In this document: piece by piece, positions 52,415-64,000 of the stretch
Layout of the letters: the number at the start of each line of letters is the position of its first letter
Numbering within the stretch: the stretch's first letter is position 1
Origin: Heptranchias perlo
Taxonomy: Eukaryota
NCBI RefSeq assembly: GCF_035084215.1
Contig: NW_027139264.1
Location: forward strand, 186,001-250,000
Direction: 5' to 3'
DNA length: 64,000 nt
Notes under the pieces: model-generated
What the model saw: the letters and a program-made list of their open reading frames with translations, nothing else
Told to the model about the DNA's origin: nothing
Databases searched by the model: none
Made by a program: the position numbers and the translations under genes

Positions 52415-53335
52415 AGAGACACTGTACCCCATCGAACTCCCCACCCTCTCACACAGACACTGTACCCCATCCAACTCCCCACCCTCTCACACAGACACTG
52501 TACCCCATCCAACTCCCCACCCTCTCACTTAGACACTGTACCCCATCCAACTCCCCACCCTCTCACTTAGACACTGTACCCCATCCAACTCCCCACCCTC
52601 TCACTTAGACACTGTACCCCATCCAACTCCCCACCCTCTCACTTAGACACTGTACCCCATCCAACTCCCCACCCTCTCACTTAGACACTGTACCCCATCC
52701 AACTCCCCACCCTCTCACACAGACACTGTACCCCATCCAACTCCCCACCCTCTCACACAGACACTGTACCCCATCCAACTCCCCACCCTCTCACACAGAC
52801 ACTGTACCCCATCCAACTCCCCACCCTTTCACACAGACACTGTACCCCATCCAACTCCCCACCCTTTCACACAGACACTGTACCCCATCCAACTCCCCAC
52901 CCTCTCACACAGACACTGTACCCCATCCAACTCCCCACCCTCTCACACAGACACTGTACCCCATCCAACTCCCCACCCTCTCACACAGACACTGGACCCC
53001 ATCCAACTCCCCACCCTCTCACACAGACACTGTACCCCATCCAACTCCCCACCCTCGCACACAGACACTGTACCCCATCCAACTCCCCACCCTCTCACAC
53101 AGACACTGTACCCCATCCAACTCCCCACCCTCTCACACAGACACTGTACCCCATCCAACTCCCCACCCTCTCACACAGACACTGTACCCCATCCAACTCC
53201 CCACCCTCTCACACAGACACTGCACCCCATCCAACTCCCCACCCTTTCACACAGACACTGCACCCCATCCAACTCCCCACCCTTTCACACAAACACTGTA
53301 CCCCATCCAACTCCCCACCCTCTCACACAGACACT
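52415..53335. repeat. 38-bp minisatellite in TRIM intron 1 (~24 copies)
   Basis: Unit AGACACTGTACCCCATCCAACTCCCCACCCTCTCACAC. Confidence 0.95.
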
Positions 53336-53456
53336 CTCTCCCCCCGTGGCCCTGCCAAATCTTTCTGACACTCTCCCTATCAGTTCATGCTGGCACTTAA
53401 CCAATATTACTCTTATTGCGTTTCGTGGAGACGGGTCGCTCACTTAAACCCCTCAC

Positions 53457-53912
53457 CTTGTACTTTTGAACTGCCCTCTGGACCGGCAGGAACCTGTGGT
53501 CTGAATGTGCGGGAGAATCTACACAACTGGCACAGATCAGGATCTCATCCTCCTCACAGAACAGCATCAGTTTCTCATTATGTTCCTCACAGTGAGACCG
53601 ACCTTTCTCTGGGTTCAGGATCAGCTCTGGGTTCAGGTTCAGGTTCAGGTCTGGGTCTGGGTTGAGGTCCAGCTGCCGAGCTTTCTCGGAGAGATTGGCC
53701 AACACCCTGTTCCTGCCGTAGTTTCTCCGGGGGAAAACCACCCGACATTCCGGGCAGGACACGGTCTCCCCCTGCTTGTCCCAACACTTGTCGATACAGG
53801 ATTTACAGAAGTTGTGATCACAGTCCAGCCGCACCGGCTCCACAAACAGAGAGAGGCAGACGGAGCAGGTTAAATCCTCGCTCAGGGTTACGATCTGTTT
53901 GCTGACGGCCAT
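53457..53912 (-). CDS. TRIM-B30.2 E3 ligase (TRIM39/TRIM35/A33-like), exon 1: RING + B-box2
   Basis: ATG at 53912; C3HC4 RING CSVC...CDHNFCKSC...CPEC; B-box2 CEEH...C...CASC...HSDH; donor AAG|gtgagg; 456 bp. Confidence 0.96.
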
Positions 53913-53946
53913 CTCAGTTCCTGCTCCTTATTCTGTCGCTCACTTT

Positions 53947-53965
53947 ACTTTCAGTTTCATTTCCC
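53947..53965 (-). promoter_or_regulatory. ISRE / IRF-binding element upstream of TRIM
   Basis: Minus strand GGGAAATGAAACTGAAAGT: three GAAA cores including GAAA-CT-GAAA, 35-53 nt upstream of the ATG. Confidence 0.7.
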
Positions 53966-54319
53966 TCAGTTTATTGTGAAACTCACTTCACAATCTGTCC
54001 TCTGAAAGGGACACTGTCAGCAAACAAAACTGTCTGGCAAATCTTTATTTCTTTGAATGTCAAACGTGCAAAACACAATGGCCCCAAAATTCCTGAGTCT
54101 GAGGGGGGAGGGCTGGAATTTGGACTGGGACCCTGTTCCTGCGAGGTCTCTTGTGCTGCACCCCTTCCATGGTGATATCACAAAGACTGGCAGGATCACA
54201 TCTCCACCCCATCCCCTGCCAAAAATCCCACCAGTTCCACCAGTACTACAGGCCAGGAGAAAGTACACCTGCAGGAAGCGGGCGAACATTTTAAAATCAC
54301 CCCCATATTCTTTTTTTTT

Positions 54320-57010
54320 ATTCATTCATGGGATGTGGGCGTCGCTGGCGAGGCCGGCATTTATTGCCCATCCCTAATTGCCCTTGAGAAGGTGGTGGTG
54401 AGCCGTCTTCTTGAACCGCTGCAGTCCGTGTGGTGAAGGTTCTCCCACAGTGCTGTTAGGAAGGGAGTTCCAGGGTTTTGACCCAGCGACGATGAAGGAA
54501 CGGCGATATATTTCCAAGTCGGGATGGTGTGTGACTTGGAGGGGAACGTGCAGGTGGTGGTGTTCCCATGTGCCTGCTGCCCTTGTCCTTCTAGGTGGTA
54601 GAGGTCGCGAATTGGAAGTCAACATGGTTTTATGAAAGGGAAATTGTGTTTTTATCTTCGTTTTTTGAGGAGGTAACTAGCAGGGTAGATAAAGGGAAAT
54701 CAGTGGATGTAGTATATTTGGATTTTCAAAAGGCATTCGATAAGGTGCCACATGAAAGGTTGTTACACAAGATATGGGCTCATGGGGTTGGGGGTAAAAT
54801 ATTAGCATGGATAGAGGATTGGTTAATGGACAGAAAACAGAGAGTAGGGTTAAACGGGTCATTCTCAGGTTGACAGGCTGTAACTAGTGGGGTGCTGCAA
54901 GGATCAGTGCTTGGGCCTCAGCAATTTACAATCTATATTAATGACTTAGATGAAGGGACCGAGTGTAGTATATTGAAGTTTGCTGATGATACAAAGCTGG
55001 GTGGGAAAGCAAGCAGTGAGGAGGACACAGAGCCTACAAAGGGATATAGATGGAATAAGTGAGTGGGCAAGAAGGTGGCAGATGGAGTATAATGTGGGGA
55101 AATGTGAGGTTCTTTTGTTCTTAAGGCAGGTGTATGGAGTTAGGTCACAAATCAGCCATAACCTCATTGAATGGAGGAACAAGCTTGAGGGGCTAAATGG
55201 CCTACTCCTGTTCCTATGTTCCGAAACGTTACAGTGGGAATGTTTCTTTGGAGCCCCCAAGTTGAGATCAGGACTCTCCTCTTGTTCTCAATCATCATGG
55301 GTAATCGATTTAATATTTGGCTTTTTCATACGTGTTCTGCAAATGCCTGTAGCCTTTCTTTTAAAATCTACGTGGATTCACTTTATTTTAGAACCCAACA
55401 CTTAAAACACAACTCTTTTCCAAATCCTATCTGTGGAAAAATGGTCAAAAAGGGCTGAAATGTGACATGGGAACAGGAATAGACCATTCGGCCCCTCGTG
55501 CCTGTTCTGCCATTCTATTAAATCATAGCTGATCTGAATCTCAACTCCATTTACCTGCCTTTTCTCCATAACCCTTGCTATCCTGATCCAATGAAAATCT
55601 ATTGATCTGAGTCTTGAAAATATCAATTGACCCCCAGCATCCACAGCCTGTTGGGGGGAGAGAGTTCCAGATTTCCATGCCCCTTTGTGTGAAAAAGTGC
55701 TTCCTGATTTCACTCCCGAATAACCTCGCTCGAATTTTAAGATTTTGCTCCCATGTTGTGGCTTCCCTGTATCTACTCTATCGAATATATTATCATTTTT
55801 TACACTTCGGTTAGATCACCCCTAAAGCTTCTCAACCCAAGGGAATATAATCCAAGTTTATGCTCTTCTGCCCTCGTAATTTAACCCTGTAAATTCTGAT
55901 GAATCTGTGCTGCGCCCCTTCAAGGCCAATCTATCCTTCCTGAGGTGCGGTGCCCAAAAACGTCCTATTCCCCATATCAATGTTTTAGAATCTCTGCCCC
56001 AGCAGCCACCCCTCGCAAAGCATTCCATATCTTTGGAGAGATTAGAGAAGCTGGGATTGTTCTCCTGAGGGCAGAGAAGGTTAAGGGACATTTAATCCAA
56101 GTGTTCAGAGGACACGGATTTAAGATAATTGGCAAAAGAACCAAAGGTAAGATGAGGAGAAATGTTTTTACGCAGTGGGTTGTTAATTATCTGGAATACA
56201 CTGCCTGAAAGGGCGGTGGAAGCAGATTCAATAGTAACTTTCAACGGGGAATTGGATATATACTTGAAAAACAAAAATTTGCAGGACTGTGGAGAAAGAA
56301 AAAGGGAGTGAGATTAATTGGATAGCTCTTTCAAAGAGCATGATGGGCTGATTGGCCTCCTTCTATGCTGTAAGATTCGATGATCTCAATGAAAAGTTTT
56401 TTCCAACTTTCCCCTCCCAGTTCACTGACAATCCTGAGCCTATGCACCCCTGTTACTGCCTCACCGACCAGTGTAACCGTCCCTTGCCACTGTGATCGCT
56501 TTGGAGAGGGTGCAGAGGAGATTCACCAGGATGTTACCAGGGCTGGAGCGCTTCAGCTATGAAGAGAGACTGGGAAGATTGGGTTTGTTTTCCTTGGAGC
56601 AGAGGAGGCTGAGGGGGGACATGATTGAGGTGTACAAAATTATGAGGGGCACAGATAGGATGGATACTAAGGAGCTTTTTCCCTTCGTTGAGGGTTCTAT
56701 AACAAGGGGACAGAGATTCAAGGTAAAAGGCAGGAGGTTTAGAGGGGATTTGAGAAAGAACTTTTTCACCCAGAGGGTGGTTGGAGTCTGGAACTCACTG
56801 CCTGAAAGGGTTGTGGAGGCAGGAACCCTCACAACATTCAAGAAGCATTTGGATGAGCACTTGAAATGCCATAGCATACAAGGCTACGGACCAAATGCTG
56901 GAATATGGGATTAGAGTAGACAGGGCTGATGGCCGGCGCGGACACGATGGGCCGAAGGGCCTCTATCCGTGCTGTATAACTCTATGACTCTATGACTCTA
57001 TGACTCTATC
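54320..57010. mobile_element. Cluster of LINE/CR1 fragments; youngest at 56490-57010 with (CTATGACT)n tail
   Basis: DFQKAFDKVPH, ALERVQRRFTRM...FFTQRVVGVWNSLP, and an 8-bp CR1 tail repeat. Confidence 0.88.
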
Positions 57011-57127
57011 CCCCACAGAACTTTGTAAATCGCTGAGATCTCCCAATAAGAAAAGCCCCAGTTCTTTGAGCTGTTCTTTATAGAATGTTCAGCATGAATT
57101 CACAATCTTCATCTAAGCCTGGCCTGA

Positions 57128-57199
57128 TCTCTCTCTCGCTCTCTCTCGCGCTCTCTCGCGCTCTCTCTCTCTCTCTCTCTCGCTCTCGCTCTCTCTCGT

Positions 57200-57230
<31 letters not shown>
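57128..57230. repeat. (CT)n microsatellite
   Basis: Interrupted CT run. Confidence 0.9.
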
Positions 57231-58531
57231 GGCACCTCATACTTGTCAGTTATTACCTGTGGTTGAATAGATGCCCAGTTTTGACTAATCAGATCACTCC
57301 CAGCTGGTGACTGGTTTGTACACTAACACATCATCTCTATTTACTTTGCCAGTATTTAATGTTCTCTGCAGTAATATCCTGGACTATGGAACAGATCCTG
57401 TTCTGATTTGTACACCAAGGATTATTTCCACTGGAACAGAAAAGGCTTGGGGGAAGATATAATATAATTTTAAAAATACTGTGACTAAGGAAAGAGCATC
57501 TCTCCCACAATTGGGAGATGCTCTTTCAGATGTGATGCGTCCATCCTCTGGAGAGAGACAGAGAAAACAGGCACAGATAAGATAGACACACAGGCACAGA
57601 TGCTTCTGCTCTCTGGGGAGAAGAGGGACAGGCACAAACAAAAAGAGTCAGACAGATATAATTTTTAGTGATATTTAAAGGAGTCACATTTCACCCCTCT
57701 GCAATCAGAAGGGTTTCAGAAGCCAAGAATTTTCAGACAGGCTCGAAGGTTGAGAGAAAGTTGTAAAGAGATTTGAAGCATTCTTTGAAAGCTAGAAGGT
57801 GTTTAAAAGCAGAATTTGGAAGTCTTATGGTAGTCTTTAGCTGAGCAGAAGCAAAATAATGCAACATGTACTGCTACAGGTGATGAAGTTCAGTGAAATA
57901 GAACAGAATTCTAGCACTGACCAGGTTTTGCTAAAGCTAGAAAACAACTAAAGAAAGATGACAATGACCATGAGGTGGAGCCTGAGCATCACAGAGGAAG
58001 GTGGAACTGCCCAATGTCACAGCAGCCACCCTCCTACAAAAGGACAGGTTGTGTACCTTGTATCCCGAAAGGACAGTCATAACACTGGAAACTGAGCAGT
58101 GATGCATTGACTATGGACTGTAAACTTAACCTTGCCAAATCTATAACTTGTACTGCTACAATGCTGAGATACTGTTGAACCTGTCGTGGTTTGGGTTCTC
58201 TGATCTCTTTGCTCTTACTGTAAAGTCTAACTTAACCGTATGATGGTATTAATTGTGTTTTTACAGCTGTTAAACAAGTTTGTGTTAGTTAATTATCCTT
58301 GTCTGGTTCAAACTTAGATGACTGATAAATTGGGAGTTAATGTCCATCCAGTGTTGTCCTGCTGTTGATTGATGTGGTTCAGTGAACTAAGAGTTTTTCT
58401 CTTTGAAATATTAATCCCCATCATTTTTAAAGCATACTCACATTGCTCATAGCAATCACTCAGTTGTTCATACATTTGCATGTATGTGCTTAATATATCA
58501 CCATGGAGACCACCGAGAGTCTCTCTCTAAA

Positions 58532-58587
58532 CATATATATAATATATATATATAGTGTGTGTATATATATATACATATATATGTATA
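58532..58587. repeat. (TA)n-rich microsatellite
   Basis: TA/TG dinucleotide run. Confidence 0.85.
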
Positions 58588-59705
58588 GTTTCTGTTGTGT
58601 GATATATTCGCACTAACATTCTCAATTCTAAATGGACAGATGTAGGATCATCTTTGTTGGGGGGAGGGTTTCTTGCTCAAGTCAAGTTTCAGAGAAGGGA
58701 CCTGCCCCTGTTTTTGGATGTCTTTATAAGTCTACTCCAGTATACCTGGTACAACTTGCCCACAATCATAAGAGTATAGCTGACGGAATTTTATACTTTG
58801 ACTCGTCCGTATCCTTTCCAACCAGATTGTGACGTTGGCCATACTGGACTCGGATGGTTTTAGTATTTAATAGATCGACACGGATGCCTCCCTGTATTAT
58901 TTGTTCTAATGATCTGCTCAAGATGTTTACTATCTGTTGTGGATATATAGTAGGTGTACCTGGTCTAAAGGCTATCGGTTGATTACATCTACTTGTTTGT
59001 CGGCTACTCTGGCCAGAGTTTTTAAGTCCATAATAGTCTCAATTTCATCCAGAGGCAGACCTATCTGGATATGTTTTGTAAATTTGTCTACCTGACTTTC
59101 TAAAGCCTTAACTGATGAGATATTCCAACCAGTCGCTATACCGAATCCTCCAATTTCAAACTAGCCTCATAGGGACCTTTTCCTTACCACTCTCTTCCTC
59201 CTCTGGATCATTATGTGGTTCCTTACAGATCAGGGCGCATCTTTTATATCGGTTCAATAGGTTGGCAGATTTCCAGTCCATGATCCAGGTTTGTTCTTTG
59301 ATCCCGAATTCAAAGAATCCTTGGTCGAATTCTTGAAATTGATTGTTGCCCACTTCCTGTTGCCCAGTTCTCCTCGCACAGTACCTCGAAGTCTGTGCTT
59401 CCCTCCCTATTGCAGTATCTTGTCCTATGATTACATTTTGGCAGACCAGTCCAATTGGTACAGCGTATCAGTGCCCATTTTTGTAAATCAGTAACCAATG
59501 GTTTTTCCCCATATTATACATTGTGAATGATAATATCATGATACTCCTGGATCAGGAGTCCATTAGGGGGGCAGATTTTATATCTGGATTATCTCTTACC
59601 ACTTCGATATGGTCCTTTTTATAAGGTTTTGTTTGGTCCACATGGAACCACTTACTTTGTCTTTTGGGGTCCTTAGTTCTAAACTTTAGCACTGATGGAC
59701 CCAAT

Positions 59706-60572
59706 GGGGTCGATTTTGCAATGGTGGCGGGTTGGTGGCGGGGGCGGGGGGTGAAGGTGTCCGAGGCAAACCCACATAAATAAAACTTACCGTTTCCAAC
59801 ACGACCGCATGGTGATTGCTGATGATTGACGTCCTCTCCGGGTTGATTGACAGGCTGGGTGGGGGGCTGCGAGAAAAAGAGAGAGAGAGAGAGAGAGACA
59901 CGTCATCCGGCACTGGAATGGAAGATGGGGGCGAGAGGGGAAGATTGTGGGGGGGGGAAGAGAGGGGAAGATCGGGGTGGGGGGAAGAGAGGGGAAGATG
60001 GGGGGGGAAGAGAGGGGAAGATCGGGGGGAGAAGAGAGGGGAAGATAGGTGGGGGAAGAGAGGGGAAAATCGGGGGGAGAAGAGAGGGGAAGATCGGGGG
60101 GGGGAGGGGAAGATCGGGGAGGGGAGGGGAAGATCGGGGAGAGGGGGAGATCGGAGAGGGAGACATCGGAGCAGGTTGGAAAGGTAGGTTGATTTTGTGT
60201 TTTAACTTCCTTCTGTGGTTTTTGATGTACTTTATTTTGTTTCTTTTTCCCTGATCCTGCACCAGGCATGAATCAGGAGCGGTGGGCAAGCTGCCCAGGT
60301 AAGTTAAAAATCATTACAATCATTTAATCTGTCACAGGTAATGTGCCTTAAGTACCTCAATGAGGTACATTTTGCTCTTTAACGACCATCCCGCCGGCTT
60401 TAATTGCTGGCGGAACTTCTGGTTTCGGGTCGCTCACGCGCACACAGGTGCGTCCTTGGGAAACTCAGAAGTTGGTGGGTTGGAGCCGGCTTCCGAACCT
60501 GAACGGGATTTCTGCGATTTTCGGAGCCCCCCGTCCCCCAACGCACCCGCAGTTTCCCCCTAAAATTGAGCT
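59706..60572. mobile_element. MITE (Harbinger-like) inserted in the retroviral integrase
   Basis: AAT target duplication (59703-59705 / 60573-60575) and imperfect TIRs. Removing it restores the in-frame integrase sequence RPFTVIEILGPSVLKF. Confidence 0.75.
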
Positions 60573-61376
60573 AATATCTCTATTACTGTGAACGGTCTTC
60601 TCCACTTGGGATACAGTGAGTGGGATGGATTACTGAACCATTTTAACATAACGTCTCACCAACTAGGTACAACTGCTCCATCTGTGTAAGTTCCTGGTTT
60701 CTTTTTACTGTATCAGTAAACCTTCCCAATTGGTGGGCAGTCCACTCGTTAATTTACCTGATGGCCTTCTTTAGATTAATCTTCAGTTTGATCAACTGCT
60801 CGTTTCAGAGAGTCCCGACAACCCCTCGTACATGAGGTGGGAGTCACGTACTTCACCTTGTCTTTAGGGACTCAATCCCCTGGCGGAGGAAGGAGTTGAT
60901 CTTCTGGCCACCCAGGCTAATGGCCACTTCACATTCCAATTGTTGCTACACGTTTTCTGACAATTATTTTTGAAGTGCAATTTGCTCTTTCCACTGTCCC
61001 GGGTGACTGGAGACAGTATGAAATGTGAAGCTGTTGTCTTTATGCCCAACAGATTCATGCATTCACGCACGGCCTCTGCAGTATAATGGGGACCTTGGTC
61101 AGTCAATTTCCTTTGGCGAATCCCACTGAGTGCTAACTTGTCCTTTCAGAGCTCCAGCACTTGGGATAGCTTCCACCCATTTTGAAAAGGGGTCCACTAC
61201 AGTTAAAATATATTTGTTTCATCTTGCGGTTGTGGTTAAAGGCTCTATTCAATCAATCATGATCCCTCTTTTAGTAGGGTCACCGGGGTGGGGGCTTTGT
61301 TTTGTCGTGGTTGGGTTTATGTGGGTGCATGTGTGACGTTGGTTATAACGTATTGTTACATCCTTCGTCATTTCTG

Positions 61377-61795
61377 GTCAGCCGTGGCTCAGTTGGGAGC
61401 ACTCTCACCTCAGAGTCAGAAGGGTGTGGGTTCAAGTCCCACTCCAGAGACTTGAGCACAAAATCTAGGCTCACGCTTCAGGGGGTACTGAGGGAGTGCT
61501 ACACTGTCAGAGGTGCTGCTCTTTGGATGAGACATTGAACCGAGGCCCTGTCTGCTCTTTCAGGTGGAGGTAAGAGATCCCAAGGCATTATTGAAGAAGA
61601 GCAGGGGAGTCCTGGCCAATATTTATCCCTCAACCAATACCTAAAACAGTTATCTGGTCATTATCACACTGCTGTTTTTGGGACCTTGCTGTGCGCAAAT
61701 TGGCTGCCACGTTTTCTACATTACAACAGTGACTACACTTCAAAAGCACTTCATTGGTTGTGAAAGGCGCTATATAAAATGCAAGTTTTTCTTTT
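61377..61795 (+). mobile_element. tRNA-headed SINE (Deu-SINE/SacSINE-like) inserted in the retroviral integrase
   Basis: A-box TGGCTCAGTTGG, B-box GGTTCAAGTCC, conserved body, and L2-like tail ggcgctatataaaatgcaag. Family name is from recall. Confidence 0.75.
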
Positions 61796-63529
61796 AGCAG
61801 CCAAAGTCTTTTACCCATTGTGTGGTTTTCATTATTGTGTCCAGCTGTTGAGACACTGTGTGCCATGTACAGTAATATGGCCCAACTCATTAAGCCTCCT
61901 TTCAGTACTGGAGAATGGGCTGCATGGAGCACAATTTCTTCTACTGTCAACTTATTTAAATGTGGATGAAATTTTGGGTGGATTTGTGGTTGTGGTTCCC
62001 TCCAGAAACCCATTCAGTGATCAGATTTCGGTATTTTATGCCTGCAATTATTGAATATGTGGTATCTCTTGTTCTGTTGTCATTTTCTCCCCTTTTGCTC
62101 ATGTCACAGCAGATACTGGTATTGGGGAAGGTGCTTCCTAAATCTGCCTCCCTTGGGCACGGTGATGTACTAACAGATCCAGTCGATCATTCCTGGATTT
62201 ATCAGACCCTGGAGTGTGGAAGTGTCCCTTTTAATACTAATAGCAATCAGGGCATTATTTCCGAAGCAAAAAATGTATTGAAACAAGTGGGCATAATGGA
62301 CTGGCTTCCCATCAGAGGAAGTGAAATCATTAATAACCCAGTTTCTCCCTGTTTGGTTTAACAAATTGCACAAAAAAGGAAGAGTCAATAAACAGGAGAC
62401 ACCACAATGGGGGCACCAGGCAGGAAATTAAAGGGCTTCAAGAGCAGCGGCTACGGCTGCACCTTCGCCATATTGGACAGAATGGGCCCTAACACCATGA
62501 GGAGGGAGGGACAGATACTATACTTACACCCGAATACTGTACTCCTCCAGAGTAAAATGGTGTACCATCGGTATATACAAAAAGAAGGGCTTTGGGCGCC
62601 TTCCTTCCATGGTATAAAGGGTACAGAGGCCGGTGGGGAAGAGATGTCACACCGGCAGCATCTCTAATAGCACAGCCAGACTTGACTGACCGCAGTTGGT
62701 TTGGTTGGAACACTATGGATGTCCGGATCCTGGAGCGATTGAGCCCAGTTTGATGCTCAACCTTCTTGTAGGCGTTGGACAATTAACAGACAAAGTGGGC
62801 CGGTGTGAAGAGTGTAGATCAGTTCTGTTAAACCCTGTAATAGGCACAAAATAGTGGACAGCCCAGGTTGTGGCTCGGACGCGAAGCTCACGTAGCAGAA
62901 AACGGTGGTTCTGCTGATGTCAGGACATGGCTAGGATAAGCAACGGCCCAACGGAGTCCTTGTACCCTCTGGAATAAGGCAGTGGATATCGCAGAAGAGG
63001 AGCACGAGACTTCTGAACGAAATGGGCATGTGGGATCTGTGGAATCCAGGCAGAGTCAGTGCCTCTTTAAGAAAGAAGGTGTCTTGTCTGGCTGCAGTCC
63101 GTTCTCACCGTTGATCCTTTTTTTTAGAAGAAAATACAATGGTTTTGTGATATCTGCAAATTTAGGTACGAACCATCGGGGAGAATCCGAAAAGCCCTCA
63201 AAATGCCCCGAGTATTTTTTTAGGTCATGGGGTGGGGGTAACCTTAATATATCATTCACTCGGTCTGGGACCGGGCATCCAACCTGTGCGGAAACATTGT
63301 GGGCGGGAATAGGTGCTGAATGGGTTAAAAATGGCTCTTTGACAGGCTGAGTTTTAGCCCAGCTTGTGACGGTGTTGTGAATAAGTGTGGTAACACTTGG
63401 AGATGTTGCACTGGCGTCTCTGTACAAGCAAGTCGTCAACATAAAACAGAACTTGAGGCTCTAACTGTAAGGGTTCGAAAGTAGATTCCATAAATTAGTG
63501 AAACTAATTCGTCAAGTTGTTTATATACA

Positions 63530-64000
63530 CTTAACATTTTTTGAGGAGGTAACAAGGAGGGACGCTGAGGATAGTGTGTTTGATGTCGTCTACGTGGATT
63601 TTAGCGAGGCCTTTCACAAGGTCCCACATGGCAGACTGGTCAAAAAAGTACAAGCCCATGGGATCCAAGGGAAAGTGGCAAGTTGGATCCAAAATTGGCA
63701 GGAATCAAAAGGTAACAGTCGAAGGGTGTTTTTGCGACTGGAAGGCTGTTTCCAGTTGGGTTCCGCAGGGCTCAGTACTCGGTCCCTTGCTTTTTGTAAT
63801 GTATATTAATGATTTGGACTTAAATGTAGGGGGCATGATTGAGAAGTTTGCAGATGATACAAAAATTGGCCATTAGGTTGATAGTGAGGAGGAAAGCTGT
63901 AGACTGCAGGAAGATTTCAATGGACTGGTCAGGTGGGAAGAAAAGTGGCAAATGGAATTCAATCCGGAGAAGTGTGAGGTAATGCATTTGGGGAGGGCAA
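63530..64000 (+). mobile_element. CR1 RT fragment truncating the retroviral element
   Basis: VYVDFSEAFHKVPH, VPQGSVLGPLLF, KFADDTK. Confidence 0.88.

Larger units (their letters stand above)
58600..63490 (-). mobile_element. Decayed endogenous retrovirus-like element (pol + env; lokiretrovirus-like)
   Basis: RT VLFYVDDLLV (63443-63432); thumb FVPKFADITKPLYFLLKK; degenerate RNase H tether (PFRSEV..AVAYPSHVL..TWAVHYF); second RNase H (VYTDG); integrase (HSVSTAGH, LTVVDPFSKWVEAIP, TDQGPHY, VERAN, PKWRRPFTV, KWFHVDQTKPY); env with RRKRVVRKR, fusion peptide and heptad. Many stops and frameshifts; LTRs not identified; boundaries approximate. Confidence 0.85.

Noticed and set aside
57300-58500. Possible 3' LTR of the retroviral element
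   Set aside because: No second copy, polypurine tract or TG...CA boundaries could be established in this window.
59161-59169. APOBEC-type hypermutation (two TGG-to-stop changes in env)
   Set aside because: Two sites in a heavily decayed element cannot be distinguished from neutral transitions without a consensus.
59787-60289. Pro-rich and Gly/Arg-rich ORFs
   Set aside because: Low-complexity purine repeat inside a MITE.
61377-61450. tRNA gene
   Set aside because: The A/B boxes belong to a SINE head followed by SINE body and tail; same for ~19220-19290.

Overview
Repeat-rich vertebrate genomic DNA, most likely from a cartilaginous fish (shark). This is inferred from abundant CR1/L2 LINEs, tRNA-headed Deu-type SINEs, Harbinger-like MITEs and dense GC-rich minisatellites. 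It looks like an immune (MHC-type) region. (1) On the + strand is an MHC class I heavy-chain gene with alpha1, alpha2, alpha3 and TM/cytoplasmic exons (4949-17219; leader exon not found). It has lost most classical peptide-anchoring residues and has a hydrophobic groove, so it is a nonclassical, possibly lipid-binding class I. (2) On the - strand is an intact 6-exon RING/B-box/coiled-coil/B30.2 TRIM gene (53912-42325, 529 aa) with an ISRE just upstream of its ATG and an acidic repeat insert. (3) A decayed tandem TRIM paralogue (33586-20741) has a last intron containing a ~10 kb, 37-bp satellite whose unit contains the exon end and splice donor. (4) A decayed endogenous retrovirus-like element (~63490-58600) has RT (YVDD), a tether plus a second RNase H, integrase, and an Env resembling pneumo/paramyxovirus F proteins (lokiretrovirus-like). 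The rest is LINE, SINE and MITE debris and tandem repeats. All calls come from manual reading; no database searches were run.
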